In this document: piece by piece, positions 1-10,970 of the stretch | How the letters are laid out: each line of letters begins with the position of its first letter | Position numbering within the stretch: position 1 is the stretch's first letter | Source of the DNA: an uncultured Flavobacteriaceae bacterium | GTDB lineage: Bacteria > Bacteroidota > Bacteroidia > Flavobacteriales > Flavobacteriaceae | Direction: 5' to 3' | DNA length: 64,000 nt | Assembly: GCA_947494205.1 (NCBI GenBank) | Contig: CANLUH010000004.1 | Coordinates: forward strand, 152,773-216,772 | Translations under genes and position numbers: made by a program | The notes under the pieces: generated by a model | Databases searched by the model: none | Told to the model about the DNA's origin: nothing | What the model saw: the letters and a program-made list of their open reading frames with translations, nothing else

Positions 1-1
1 C

Positions 2-826
2 ATGGCCATTAAAGCCGCTAAAGATTTATTACGTAAAAGCGGCACAAACCCTGAAGACATAGAACTAGTAATAGTTTCTACTGCAACTCCAGACATGAAA
101 GCAGCCACTACTGCTGCATATACTGCAACTCAAATAGGAGCAACAAATGCTTTTTCTTTCGATTTAGAAGCAGCCTGTTCAAGTTTCCTATTTGGCATGG
201 CCACTGCCGCCAGATACATAGAATCTGGAAAATACAAAAAAGTACTATTAATAGGAGCAGATAAAAATTCTTCTATGATTAATCCAAAAGATAGAGCAAC
301 ATGCATTATTTTTGGAGACGGTGCAGGAGCAGTTCTATTTGAACCTAATGAAGAACAATTAGGTTTACAAGATGAGTATTTAAGAAGTGATGGTATTGGT
401 AGAGAATTTCTACAAGCCAAAGTGGGAGGCTCATCGTACCCAATGACAGCAGAAGCATTAGCTAACGAAGAACATTACGTTTTTCAAGATGGAAGAACAG
501 TATTTAAAAATGCTGTATCTAATATGGCAGATGTTGCCGTTAAAATTTTAGAACGTAACAATTTAACAAAAGAAGACATTGCATGGTTAGTAGCTCACCA
601 AGCAAACAAACGAATTATAGATGCTACAGCAAATCGTATAGAATTAGATCATAAAAAAGTAATGATGAATATTCATAAATATGGTAACACCACATCGGCA
701 ACGTTACCGTTACTTTTAAGTGATTACGAATCGCAACTAAAAAAAGGAGACAATTTAATATTTGCTGCTTTTGGAGGCGGATTCACATGGGGATCAATTT
801 ATTTAAAATGGGCTTATAACTCATAA
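2..826 (+). CDS. fabH: 3-oxoacyl-ACP synthase III (FabH), N-terminally truncated by window edge
   Basis: Translation shows the KAS III core (AACSSF active-site Cys region, HQANKRI and NTTSAT motifs, C-terminal GGGFTWGS). It is followed by accB-accC, as in the conserved operon. Confidence 0.85.
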   Translation: MAIKAAKDLLRKSGTNPEDIELVIVSTATPDMKAATTAAYTATQIGATNAFSFDLEAACSSFLFGMATAARYIESGKYKKVLLIGADKNSSMINPKDRATCIIFGDGAGAVLFEPNEEQLGLQDEYLRSDGIGREFLQAKVGGSSYPMTAEALANEEHYVFQDGRTVFKNAVSNMADVAVKILERNNLTKEDIAWLVAHQANKRIIDATANRIELDHKKVMMNIHKYGNTTSATLPLLLSDYESQLKKGDNLIFAAFGGGFTWGSIYLKWAYNS

Positions 827-862
827 TAAACCAACTAAACTAAAATTTAATACATTTTAATT

Positions 863-1345
863 ATGGATTTAAAAGACATTCAAAACTTAATCAAATTTGT
901 AGCTAAGTCTGGTGCTAGTGAAGTTAAACTAGAAACAGAAGATGTTAAAATCACTATAAAAACAGGTTCAGATACCGAAACAACTATTGTACAGCAAATG
1001 CCAATGGCAGCTCAAATGCCACAAATGGCAATGCCTACGCAACCAGTAGCTCCAGCTACGCCAGCTGTACCGGCAGAAAAAGCGGCTCCGGCTGAAGATT
1101 CTAAATATATTACTGTAAAATCTCCAATAATTGGTACTTTTTACAGAAAACCATCTCCAGACAAGCCTTTATTTGTTGAAGTTGGGCAAACTATAGCAGA
1201 AGGTGATGTATTATGTATTATAGAAGCTATGAAGTTATTTAACGAAATAGAATCTGAAGTTTCAGGTAAAGTTGTTAAAATATTAGTGGACGATGCTTCT
1301 CCTGTAGAATTTGATCAACCATTATTTTTAGTAGATCCATCTTAA
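863..1345 (+). CDS. accB: biotin carboxyl carrier protein of acetyl-CoA carboxylase
   Basis: Pro/Ala-rich linker and C-terminal biotinyl domain with the EAMKLFNEIE biotinylation motif. Sits directly upstream of accC. Confidence 0.9.
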   Translation: MDLKDIQNLIKFVAKSGASEVKLETEDVKITIKTGSDTETTIVQQMPMAAQMPQMAMPTQPVAPATPAVPAEKAAPAEDSKYITVKSPIIGTFYRKPSPDKPLFVEVGQTIAEGDVLCIIEAMKLFNEIESEVSGKVVKILVDDASPVEFDQPLFLVDPS

Positions 1346-1424
1346 TTTGAAGTTTAAAGTTTTAAGTTTTAAGCATAGTAATGCATAAACGAATAAACCT
1401 ATAGACTCTTAAACTCATAAAGAT

Positions 1425-2777
1425 ATGTTTAAAAAAATATTAGTAGCAAACAGAGGTGAAATAGCATTACGTGTTATTAGAACCTGTAAAGAAATGGGCA
1501 TAAAAACGGTAGCTGTATATTCTACAGCAGATGCCGAAAGTCTTCACGTAAAATTTGCTGACGAAGCGGTTTGTATAGGACCAGCGCCAAGTAGCGAATC
1601 TTACTTAAAAATGTCTAATATTATTGCAGCAGCAGAAATTACAAATGCAGATGCAATACACCCGGGATACGGTTTTTTATCTGAAAACGCTAAATTTTCA
1701 CAAATTTGCGATGAACACGAAATCAAATTCATTGGAGCTTCGGCGGAGATGATTGATAGAATGGGAGATAAAGCCAATGCAAAAGCAACAATGAAAGCTG
1801 CTGGAGTACCATGTGTACCAGGAAGTGAAGGTATTATTGAATCGTTTGAAGAATGTGAAAAACTTGCTATTGAAACTGGTTATCCTGTAATGCTTAAAGC
1901 ATCTGCAGGTGGTGGTGGAAAAGGAATGCGTGCTGTTTGGAAACCTGAAGACTTAAAAGATGCTTGGGATTCTGCAAGACAAGAATCTAAAGCGGCCTTT
2001 GGAAACGACGATATGTACATGGAGAAACTTATTGAAGAACCTAGACATATTGAGATTCAAGTGGTAGGAGACTCTAACGGGAAAGCATGTCATTTATCTG
2101 AACGTGATTGCTCTGTACAAAGACGTCACCAAAAATTAACAGAAGAAGTACCTTCTCCGTTCATGACCGATGAGTTAAGAACTAAAATGGGAGAAGCCGC
2201 AGTAAAAGCTGCAGAATATATTAAGTATGAAGGTGCAGGAACTGTAGAGTTCTTGGTAGACAAGCACAGAAACTTCTACTTCATGGAGATGAATACACGT
2301 ATTCAAGTAGAACACCCAATTACAGAGCAAGTAATTGATTTCGATTTAATTCGTGAACAAATATTAGTCGCTGCAGGTGTGCCAATTTCTGGTAAAAACT
2401 ATACACCAAATTTACATTCTATAGAATGTAGAATTAATGCAGAAGATCCTTTCAACGATTTTAGACCTTCACCAGGAAAAATAACAACATTACATGCTCC
2501 AGGTGGTCATGGTGTACGCTTAGATACTCACGTATATGCAGGATACTCTATCCCGCCAAACTACGATTCTATGATTGCGAAGTTAATTACAACAGCGCAA
2601 ACTAGAGAAGAAGCTATTAACAAAATGAAACGAGCTTTAGATGAGTTTGTTATAGAAGGTATAAAAACAACAATCCCGTTCCATAGACAATTAATGGAAC
2701 ATCCAGATTATTTAGCAGGAAACTATACTACTAAATTTATGGAAGATTTTGTTATAGATAGAAACACAGAAGATTAA
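1425..2777 (+). CDS. accC: biotin carboxylase subunit of acetyl-CoA carboxylase
   Basis: 450 aa with an ATP-grasp fold, starting [17 protein letters not shown] and carrying the glycine-rich loop GGGGKGMR. Confidence 0.95.
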   Translation: MFKKILVANRGEIALRVIRTCKEMGIKTVAVYSTADAESLHVKFADEAVCIGPAPSSESYLKMSNIIAAAEITNADAIHPGYGFLSENAKFSQICDEHEIKFIGASAEMIDRMGDKANAKATMKAAGVPCVPGSEGIIESFEECEKLAIETGYPVMLKASAGGGGKGMRAVWKPEDLKDAWDSARQESKAAFGNDDMYMEKLIEEPRHIEIQVVGDSNGKACHLSERDCSVQRRHQKLTEEVPSPFMTDELRTKMGEAAVKAAEYIKYEGAGTVEFLVDKHRNFYFMEMNTRIQVEHPITEQVIDFDLIREQILVAAGVPISGKNYTPNLHSIECRINAEDPFNDFRPSPGKITTLHAPGGHGVRLDTHVYAGYSIPPNYDSMIAKLITTAQTREEAINKMKRALDEFVIEGIKTTIPFHRQLMEHPDYLAGNYTTKFMEDFVIDRNTED

Positions 2778-2782
2778 AATAA

Positions 2783-2813
2783 AAAAGCGAACTCGAATGA
2801 GTTCGCTTTTTTT
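2783..2813 (+). terminator. rho-independent terminator after accC
   Basis: Hairpin aaaaaagcGAACTCgaatGAGTTCgc followed by a T-run. Confidence 0.6.
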
Positions 2814-2845
2814 ATATAATTTCATATCCCAATAAAGAGTGTTTA

Positions 2846-3373
2846 CTACAAACTAAACTGTTCTTCAATTCTTGTAACTACCTGTGGTACTTCGTTTACT
2901 TTAAAATCTAAAACAAAGCGATACATCCCATTATCTATTTTAGAAATTAATAATTTCCCTTCCTTCACAGGGTAATATCCAGTCTGACCTCTACAAAAGC
3001 ATAACCGCCCAAATGAAACTTTAGCTTTAGTTAAATCTATATCTTCTAACTCAAGAGTTTCTATATCATTATCTATTTCCACATAAATCAATTCTCTGTA
3101 ACTACTATCTTGAACATCTGGAATAGGGTTTCTAACATACTCAAACTTCAATAACGTTTTAGTGCTATTTGAAAATTCAGGATAAGTGTCTCCAAACTTA
3201 CTAGCAATTCTAAACGTTTGTTTTTTTATAACTTCAAAAGTACACATGCCGTTTTTTGGACAAATAGACTCTTCCATTGCCTTTTTCTCTACATTATTAC
3301 TTTGGCTCATATTTTTTTGTGAGTTACAAGACAATAGTATTGTAATAAATATCGTATAAATTAATAATTTCAT
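2846..3373 (-). CDS. hypothetical lipoprotein
   Basis: N-terminal signal peptide with an LLSC lipobox. No recognisable catalytic motif. Confidence 0.5.
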   Translation of the reverse strand: MKLLIYTIFITILLSCNSQKNMSQSNNVEKKAMEESICPKNGMCTFEVIKKQTFRIASKFGDTYPEFSNSTKTLLKFEYVRNPIPDVQDSSYRELIYVEIDNDIETLELEDIDLTKAKVSFGRLCFCRGQTGYYPVKEGKLLISKIDNGMYRFVLDFKVNEVPQVVTRIEEQFSL

Positions 3374-3465
3374 ATCACAAATATATACTATTTAACGCTA
3401 TTCCTTTGGAAGTCTGTTATTCACAAAGTATATTTATAGATTAAAAGTTAAAAAAAAGTAATTTT

Positions 3466-6207
3466 ATGAAACAATTTTATTCTAGACTTGTTTTATTCTG
3501 TTTAACGTTCTTCATGTTTTCTGCATTTAGTTTTGCACAAAACGGAAGATCTTTATGGTCTAAGACATCGCAAAATCAATTATCTAAAAAAGCTCAAGTT
3601 TTTAGAAAGACACAGCCTATAAAGGCTAATTATTATCAATTAAATATTGATGGATTACAACAATTATTACAAAATGCACCAGAGAGAAATGCAAATGTAA
3701 ACTCTAATGTTATATTAAGCTTTCCGACTGCAAATGATACTTTTGAAGCTTTTAGAATTACTGAAGCTTCGGTAATGCACCCAGAATTACAAAATAAATA
3801 CCCAAACATTCGTTCTTATGCGGGGCAGAGTATAGATAACCCTGGAAGTTTAATACGATTCTCTATTACGCCTCAAGGTTTACACGCTATGTTTTTAGCA
3901 CCAGGTAAAGGGACAGAATATATAGACCCTTACACTAAAGTAGATAACAACTACATTGTTTATTCTAAGAAAGACCTGCCTGCTATAGATCAGCCATGGG
4001 AATGTGGTGTTATAGATGGAGGTACTGCTATAGATGAAAAAACATTAAGCAATAGCTATCAATTAAGAGATACTGGAGACGGTATGATGCGTGATTTTAG
4101 AACAGCAATTGCTACAACTATAGAATACTCTGAGTTTCATTGGTTAGCTGCTGGCTTAACAGCTGGAGATACAGAAGCTGCTAAAAGAACAGCTGTTATG
4201 GCTGCCATTGTAGTAACAATGACGCGTAATAATTTTCTTTACGAAAGAGATTTTTCTATTACAATGACATTAGTTGCGAATAACGACCTTATTGTTTTTA
4301 TAAACTCAGATAACTTTACTAATACAGATTCTGTTGCTTTAATTGCAGAAAGTCAAGTAGAGATAGATAATGCTATAGGTAATGCTAATTACGACTTAGG
4401 TCACACGTTTAGTACTGGTGGCGGTGGTTTAGCAACACTAAATTCACCATGTAACAATGCTACTAAGGCAAGAGGTATTACTGGATTAGGTTCTCCTGTA
4501 GGAGATGCTTACGATGTTGATTTTGTTGCACATGAGTTAGGACACCAATTTGGTGCTCCACATACTTTTAATGGGAATATGGGGAATTGTGCTGGTAACA
4601 ATAGAGAACCAACAAATGCTTATGAAGTAGGTAGTGGAACAACTATTATGGCTTACGCAGGTATTTGTGGAAGTGATAACGTACAAAGTAATAGTGATGC
4701 TTATTTCCACCAAAAAAGTTTACAAATGATTTGGGATAACGTTAACTCTGGGGTTAGTACTTGTGCTACGCAAACACCTACAGGTAACAGTGCTCCAACA
4801 TCTGAAGCAGGAGCCAATTATACAATTCCAGTATCTACACCTTATAAATTAACAGGATCATCTACAGATCCAGATGGAACAACATTACATACATATACTT
4901 GGGAACAATATGATTTAGGACAAGCAGGTTTACCAACAGATGCAAACCCAGGAGGACCAATGGTTAGATCTTTTGAAGGCACAACAAGCCCTTCAAGATA
5001 CATTCCAAGGCTTCCAGATTTATATGACAGTGCAGGAGGTTCTACTACATGGGAGAAATTAGCTTCTACAGCTAGAGATTTAAACTTTAGATTAACTGTT
5101 AGAGATAACGATGCTAACGGAGGACGCACTGCTGTAGATAATATGACAGCTACAACAGTAGCAGCTGCTGGACCATTTTTAGTAACTTCTCAAGCTGCAG
5201 ATCAATTAGTTTGGACACCTGGTAATACAGAAACAATTACATGGGATGTTGCAGGAACAACAGGAAACGGAGTAGATACTGCTAATGTAAATATTTTATT
5301 ATCTATAGATGAAGGTGTTACATATACTTCTTTAGCATCTAATGTGCCTAATGACGGTTCTCATGATATAACAGTACCAAACGTAGAAGCTCCATTTTGT
5401 AGAATCATGGTAGAAGGTGTAGGAAATATTTTCTTTAACGTAAACGAAAAATTCTTTGCTATAGGTGACTATACATATGTATTACAACCAGAAACATGTA
5501 CAGACTATCCTTTTAACGCAGGTATAGAAGTTGTAGAAAACAGTGGATCTTACACTGGTTATAACCTTAATATTCCAGATTCTAGAACCATTTCTGATTT
5601 AAATATTAATGTTAATATTACAGCAACTGAAAACTCAGATCTTTGGTATGCTGTTAGAGCACCATGGCAACCAGCAGGACTACAACAGTTAGCTTCTGGT
5701 ATTTGTTCAGGAACAGCAGATACAGATATTACTTTCGATGACGAAGGTGTAGCAGTAGACTGTGGAAACACCAATGCTGGTAACAACTATATTCCTCAAA
5801 TTGCCTTATCTTTTGCAGACGGACAAGACCCTCAAGGAACATGGGTATTCTTTTTAACAGATATAACGGTAAATGGCAGTTCGCACACATGGAACTCTAC
5901 AACAATTACTGTTTGTGAGCAAGAAACTATTCCTGTGTTAACAGTAGAACAATTTAACTTAGAAACAACATTCTCTGTATACCCTAACCCAAATAATGGA
6001 GAATTTACTATTAAATTTAGTGGCGCTTCAGGTAATGTAGATTTACAAGTATACGATATTAGAGGTCGTTCTGTATTTAATAAAAACTATACTGAAACAG
6101 GAGATTTTAACCAAAATATAAACTTAGGTAATGTACAATCTGGAATGTATATACTTAATGTAAATGATGGTTCTAAAACCGTAACAAAAAAGATTATTGT
6201 TCAATAA
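3466..6207 (+). CDS. secreted zinc metalloprotease (reprolysin/M12B-like) with T9SS C-terminal sorting domain
   Basis: Signal peptide and an HELGHQFGAPH zinc-binding motif. The C-terminal ~80 aa (YPNPNNGEFTIKF...KKIIVQ) is a typical Por/T9SS CTD. Confidence 0.8.
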   Translation: MKQFYSRLVLFCLTFFMFSAFSFAQNGRSLWSKTSQNQLSKKAQVFRKTQPIKANYYQLNIDGLQQLLQNAPERNANVNSNVILSFPTANDTFEAFRITEASVMHPELQNKYPNIRSYAGQSIDNPGSLIRFSITPQGLHAMFLAPGKGTEYIDPYTKVDNNYIVYSKKDLPAIDQPWECGVIDGGTAIDEKTLSNSYQLRDTGDGMMRDFRTAIATTIEYSEFHWLAAGLTAGDTEAAKRTAVMAAIVVTMTRNNFLYERDFSITMTLVANNDLIVFINSDNFTNTDSVALIAESQVEIDNAIGNANYDLGHTFSTGGGGLATLNSPCNNATKARGITGLGSPVGDAYDVDFVAHELGHQFGAPHTFNGNMGNCAGNNREPTNAYEVGSGTTIMAYAGICGSDNVQSNSDAYFHQKSLQMIWDNVNSGVSTCATQTPTGNSAPTSEAGANYTIPVSTPYKLTGSSTDPDGTTLHTYTWEQYDLGQAGLPTDANPGGPMVRSFEGTTSPSRYIPRLPDLYDSAGGSTTWEKLASTARDLNFRLTVRDNDANGGRTAVDNMTATTVAAAGPFLVTSQAADQLVWTPGNTETITWDVAGTTGNGVDTANVNILLSIDEGVTYTSLASNVPNDGSHDITVPNVEAPFCRIMVEGVGNIFFNVNEKFFAIGDYTYVLQPETCTDYPFNAGIEVVENSGSYTGYNLNIPDSRTISDLNINVNITATENSDLWYAVRAPWQPAGLQQLASGICSGTADTDITFDDEGVAVDCGNTNAGNNYIPQIALSFADGQDPQGTWVFFLTDITVNGSSHTWNSTTITVCEQETIPVLTVEQFNLETTFSVYPNPNNGEFTIKFSGASGNVDLQVYDIRGRSVFNKNYTETGDFNQNINLGNVQSGMYILNVNDGSKTVTKKIIVQ

Positions 6208-6228
6208 TAACAATAAAATTATATAGTA

Positions 6229-6263
6229 CTAAAAACTCCGAAAGTCTATTTTTCGGAGTTTTT
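6229..6263 (+). terminator. rho-independent terminator
   Basis: Hairpin aaaaCTCCGAAAgtctattTTTCGGAG followed by ttttttt. Confidence 0.6.
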
Positions 6264-6332
6264 TTATGCAACAACTTTTTCACTATTTTGCAAGATGTAT
6301 ATTAAAGTTACTTATACCATAAAATAATACTT

Positions 6333-7445
6333 ATGAATCTATCCTACTGGGAAATAAAAAGCTGGTTTACTAATGTAGATTATACAATAGTTGGTAGTGG
6401 TATTGTAGGACTTAATTGTGCCTTACAATTAAAAACACGATTTCCTAAAGCTAATGTTTTAATATTAGAAAAAGGCATGTTGCCCCAAGGTGCTAGCACA
6501 AAAAATGCTGGATTTGCATGCTTTGGTAGTTTAAGTGAGTTGATAGACGATTGTAATAATCATACAACATTAGAAGTATTAGAATTAGTAAAAAAGCGTA
6601 TTAATGGTCTACAATTATTAAGACAAACTTTAGGAGATGAATCTATTGATTATAAAGAACTAGGTGGTTACGAGTTGTTTTTAAAAAAAGATCCTGATTT
6701 TTATGACGATTGCCTTTCTAAGCGACACAGTATAAATACACTTCTAAAACCTATTTTTAATGATACCGTTTTCGACTTAAAAGATAACCAATTCCATTTC
6801 GAAAATATAAAACCACAATACAGTTTTAATAAATTTGAAGGACAGATTGATACTGGAAAAATGATGGAATCCTTACTTTTAAAAGTACAATCTAAGGGCA
6901 TTAAAATTATAAATAATTGTAAGGTTGAAGCATTTTCAGAGGATGCTAACTCTGTTAAAATAAAAACAAAAACATTCGAATTTTCTACATCAAAACTTTT
7001 AATAGCAACTAATGGATTTGCTTCACAATTATTAAACGAATCTGTAAAACCAGCTAGAGCTCAAGTTTTAATAACTAAACCCATTAAAAACCTACATATT
7101 AAAGGCACTTTTCATTTAGACAAAGGTTATTATTATTTTAGAAATATAGATAATAGAATATTATTTGGAGGCGGAAGAAACTTAGACTTTAAAACAGAAG
7201 AAACTACTACATTAGAACAAACAGAACTAATACAAAAATCTCTAGAAACACTATTAAAGAACACTATTTTACCAAATACACCTTTTGAAGTCGATCACCG
7301 TTGGAGTGGTATTATGGGGATTGGGCAACAAAAAAAAGCAATAGTAAAACAGCTTTCTAATAATGTATATTGTGGTGTTCGTTTGGGAGGCATGGGAGTA
7401 GCTATTGGTAGTTTAGTAGGTAAAGAATTGGGAGACATAATATAA
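6333..7445 (+). CDS. FAD-dependent oxidoreductase (DAO family)
   Basis: N-terminal Rossmann dinucleotide motif IVGSGIVGLNCALQL; ~370 aa. Confidence 0.7.
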   Translation: MNLSYWEIKSWFTNVDYTIVGSGIVGLNCALQLKTRFPKANVLILEKGMLPQGASTKNAGFACFGSLSELIDDCNNHTTLEVLELVKKRINGLQLLRQTLGDESIDYKELGGYELFLKKDPDFYDDCLSKRHSINTLLKPIFNDTVFDLKDNQFHFENIKPQYSFNKFEGQIDTGKMMESLLLKVQSKGIKIINNCKVEAFSEDANSVKIKTKTFEFSTSKLLIATNGFASQLLNESVKPARAQVLITKPIKNLHIKGTFHLDKGYYYFRNIDNRILFGGGRNLDFKTEETTTLEQTELIQKSLETLLKNTILPNTPFEVDHRWSGIMGIGQQKKAIVKQLSNNVYCGVRLGGMGVAIGSLVGKELGDII

Positions 7446-7513
7446 TGTATATCTACAACGTACTTTTCACTTACTTTTAGAATTAGTATATTTAAAATCC
7501 CTAAATGTAACTT

Positions 7514-9781
7514 ATGAAAAAATGGTTCCTCGTTTACTGCTTTCTAGTTATAGCGCCCAATACTATACTTGCGCAACATAAAACCGTAAAAACAACAGAA
7601 AAACAACTCAATACTTCTAACGACAGTATTTCTACTAAACTTACAGTATTAGCCTCTAAAGCTTTTAATTTTTACGAGAATGGTAATTATAGCCAATCGT
7701 TTCAAGCTAATTTAGAACTCTTAAAACAAGCACAGGCGGCAAACAATTTATACTACATACACAAAGGATATAGTAATCTTGGATACGATTATTTAATCCA
7801 AAAAGACACCACAAATGCTAAAGATAGTTTTGAAAAATCTAGAGCGTTTGCTGCTAAATCTGACAATAAAAATGCACTTGCCAACACATACATGGATTTA
7901 GGAAATCTATATGTTATGGATAAGTCGCAAATGGCAAAAGCTTATACATATTACGATAAATCTGTTTCAATATTTAAAAACTTTGAAGATGTTACAGGTT
8001 TAGTTGCTGCATATTTTAATATTCTTATAGCGGCAATGAAAGAGAATAACTTAGACAAAGCTGACATCTATATTAAAAAATTAGACACACTACTTGAAAG
8101 GAGCAAAGATTACGATGGTGCTAATTGTAAAATTGCTTTAAATAATATTACAGCCGATTTTTATACCAAAAAGAAAAACTACAAACTATCTAATACGCTT
8201 TTTCAAGACGTAATCACTAAAGGAGAACTTGCTCAATTATCTTCAGAGTTAGAAACAGCTTATTTTAAATATAGCGAAAGTCTTCATGCCCAAGGTAAAT
8301 ACAAAGAAGCTTTTAATGCTCGTAAAAAATATGAAATTTATTATAAGAAAAATGAAGCCGATAGACTTTCAAAAGAAAGCAAAATATTATCCAGTCAATT
8401 TAAAATTTCAGAATACAAAAAGGATTTAAAAAAAGCAGAATTAGAATCTCAACTTCAAAAAGTAAAAGCAGATAATCGCTCTATTCTTAACTTTATTTTA
8501 ATGAGTGTTTCTATCACGCTACTACTTATGTTTATCTATTTGTTTTTTGTTATAAAAAAACGAAAACAACTCTATAAAGCACTTAAAACAAAAAGCAAAG
8601 CTTATTTAAAAGCGAAACAAGAATCCGATAAGTTAGCAAAGGTAAAAAGTAACTTTTTCTCTACAGTAAGTCACGAATTAAGAACACCTCTTTATGGCGT
8701 CATTGGTTTAAGCTCTATTCTTTTAGACGATGATTCATTAAAAGAAGAGCATAAAAAAGATTTAAAATCCTTAAAATTCTCAGCCGATTATTTATTAGCA
8801 CTAATAAATGATGTATTGCTTATAAACAAAATAGATTCTAATAAAGTAGATAACGATAATCGTCCTTTTAATTTAAAAGAGCTTATTAATACGATTATAA
8901 CTTCTTTTGAATTTATGTGCATACAAAACAACAATAAAATTAATATATCTATAGATAATAATATTCCCCAATCTATTCGCGGCAACTCAATAAGCCTCTC
9001 TCAAATACTAATGAATTTAGTGAGCAATGCCTGTAAATTCACAGAAAATGGTACTATAGATTTACAAATAACCTGCAAACCGCCTGTTAACAATACTATA
9101 GCCCTTACTTTTTACATAAAAGACACAGGTTATGGTATCTCTAAAGAAAAACAAAAAACTATTTTCGAAGAATTTAAACAAGGCGATACCGTTAGCGTAA
9201 ATTATCAAGGAACAGGTTTAGGTTTACCAATAGTAAAAAAATTAATACAGCATGCTAAGTCCGAAATACATGTAGAAAGTGAAGTAGGAAAAGGATCTAC
9301 ATTTTATTTTACTTTACTTTTCGATTTAATTACGATACAAAATAACACCTCTATAGTAAAGGATACGCCTCAATTATATGATGCTAAAACATTAGAAGGC
9401 AAACATATTCTTATTGTAGACGATAACCGTATAAACCTAACAGTTACAGAAAAAATTCTATCTAAAAACAATGTAAACTGTACAAAAGCAATTAATGGAG
9501 CTATAGCTGTAGATTTAGTAAAGAAGCATACCTTCGACCTCGTATTAATGGATATTAATATGCCCATTAAAAATGGCTTAGAAGCAACAAAAGAGATAAG
9601 AGAGTTTAATACAGAATTGCCAATTATTGCCCTTACAGCAGTAGAAATAGAAGAAATGCGCCAAAAAATATATCAATCTGGAATGAACGATATTATAATA
9701 AAACCTTATGATATTGTTACATTTAAGCAATCCATCACGAAAAACTTAATTTCGCCAAAAATCAAAGTATCTGTCAATTAA
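7514..9781 (+). CDS. hybrid sensor histidine kinase/response regulator with periplasmic TPR repeats
   Basis: Signal peptide, TPR-like repeats and a TM helix. H-box SHELRTPL, HATPase motifs (DTGYGIS, GTGLGL), and a C-terminal receiver domain (ILIVDDNRINL...LVLMDINMP). Confidence 0.85.
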   Translation: MKKWFLVYCFLVIAPNTILAQHKTVKTTEKQLNTSNDSISTKLTVLASKAFNFYENGNYSQSFQANLELLKQAQAANNLYYIHKGYSNLGYDYLIQKDTTNAKDSFEKSRAFAAKSDNKNALANTYMDLGNLYVMDKSQMAKAYTYYDKSVSIFKNFEDVTGLVAAYFNILIAAMKENNLDKADIYIKKLDTLLERSKDYDGANCKIALNNITADFYTKKKNYKLSNTLFQDVITKGELAQLSSELETAYFKYSESLHAQGKYKEAFNARKKYEIYYKKNEADRLSKESKILSSQFKISEYKKDLKKAELESQLQKVKADNRSILNFILMSVSITLLLMFIYLFFVIKKRKQLYKALKTKSKAYLKAKQESDKLAKVKSNFFSTVSHELRTPLYGVIGLSSILLDDDSLKEEHKKDLKSLKFSADYLLALINDVLLINKIDSNKVDNDNRPFNLKELINTIITSFEFMCIQNNNKINISIDNNIPQSIRGNSISLSQILMNLVSNACKFTENGTIDLQITCKPPVNNTIALTFYIKDTGYGISKEKQKTIFEEFKQGDTVSVNYQGTGLGLPIVKKLIQHAKSEIHVESEVGKGSTFYFTLLFDLITIQNNTSIVKDTPQLYDAKTLEGKHILIVDDNRINLTVTEKILSKNNVNCTKAINGAIAVDLVKKHTFDLVLMDINMPIKNGLEATKEIREFNTELPIIALTAVEIEEMRQKIYQSGMNDIIIKPYDIVTFKQSITKNLISPKIKVSVN

Positions 9782-10459
9782 ATGAAAAAACTATTTCGCT
9801 TTGTCATGAAACTATGCTTTTGGTTAGTTCTTTTCTCTTTTGCTATTGTTTTACTCTTTAAATGGGTTCCTGTACCAGTAACTCCGTTAATGATCATTCA
9901 AAAAACTGAAAGTAATAAAAGGCAACAAAAACATACTTGGGTACCTTTAAAAGCAATATCTAAAAAACTACAGTTAGCTGTTATTTGTAGCGAAGACCAA
10001 TTCTTTTTAAACCATAATGGTTTCGACTTAAAAGCCATTGAAAAAGCTTATGAATACAATAAAAAAGGGAAACGCATTAAAGGCGCCAGTACTATAAGCC
10101 AGCAAACCGCTAAAAATGTATTTTTATGGCCAGAACGCAGTTGGTTACGCAAAGGCTTAGAAACGTATTTTACATTTTTAATAGAACTCACTTGGTCTAA
10201 AGAACGTATTTTGGAAGTCTACCTTAATAGTATAGAAATGGGAAATGGTATTTTTGGTGCAGAGGCAGCAGCACAATATTGGTTTAAAAAACCAGCCTCT
10301 AAATTAACAACATACGAAGCTGCTGCCATTGCCTCTATTTTACCAAAACCAAGACAATATAAAGCTAACCCTGCCACAAATTATATCCAGAAAAGAAAGC
10401 AATGGATTGTAAAACAAATGCAGTATTTTGGCCCTTTAAATTTTGAAACCAAAGAATAA
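9782..10459 (+). CDS. mtgA: monofunctional biosynthetic peptidoglycan transglycosylase
   Basis: N-terminal TM anchor and GT51 motifs (EDQFFLNHNGFD, GASTISQQ). Confidence 0.85.
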   Translation: MKKLFRFVMKLCFWLVLFSFAIVLLFKWVPVPVTPLMIIQKTESNKRQQKHTWVPLKAISKKLQLAVICSEDQFFLNHNGFDLKAIEKAYEYNKKGKRIKGASTISQQTAKNVFLWPERSWLRKGLETYFTFLIELTWSKERILEVYLNSIEMGNGIFGAEAAAQYWFKKPASKLTTYEAAAIASILPKPRQYKANPATNYIQKRKQWIVKQMQYFGPLNFETKE

Positions 10460-10461
10460 AT

Positions 10462-10914
10462 ATGTCTTTAATAAAAGAACAGCTTTTTACGCAATGTTTA
10501 GCATTTATAGACAATCGTTTATTAACGGTTAAAAGCACCATGCAAGAACTACAAGAATCGCTACTTTCTGAAACTAAAAGTAGTGCCGGAGACAAACACG
10601 AAACCGGACGTGCCATGCTTCAATTAGAACGTGAAAAAGCAGGAAATCAATTAGCAGAAATACTAAAAATAAAAGAAAACCTTTCAAAAATTAATACAAA
10701 CAACACTTCAGAAACCATACACTTAGGAAGTGTCGTTTATACAACACAAGCCAATTATTATATTGCTATTAGTGCAGGAATTATTACAATAGACAATATT
10801 AATTTTTACGCCATTTCACCAATTACCCCAATAGCCAAATTATTATTAGCAAAAACAGTTAATGATACCATAACTTTTAGAACTACAACCTTTACAATTA
10901 CTAACGTTATTTAA
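10462..10914 (+). CDS. hypothetical protein
   Basis: 150-aa ORF immediately upstream of the PKS operon. It may belong to that operon, but no motif was recognised. Confidence 0.4.
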   Translation: MSLIKEQLFTQCLAFIDNRLLTVKSTMQELQESLLSETKSSAGDKHETGRAMLQLEREKAGNQLAEILKIKENLSKINTNNTSETIHLGSVVYTTQANYYIAISAGIITIDNINFYAISPITPIAKLLLAKTVNDTITFRTTTFTITNVI

Positions 10915-10970
10915 TTTTCATTTAAGACAGAATCGGCTTACCTTAGTAAAAAAACAGATTTTAGTAGTCA

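Noticed and set aside
130-420. 96-aa minus-strand ORF inside fabH
   Set aside because: It is fully antisense to a well-supported KAS III coding region, which makes it a frame artefact. The same applies to the other short antisense ORFs nested in long genes (4842-5129, 5559-5786, 6701-6901, 8788-8985, 9370-9567, 10365-10616, 11816-12073, 13666-13905, 14033-14341, 15265-15522, 27215-27466, 29605-29913, 31500-31841, 45088-45288, 45670-45987, 49401-49583, 52557-52763, 54889-55071, 55667-55858, 57108-57293).
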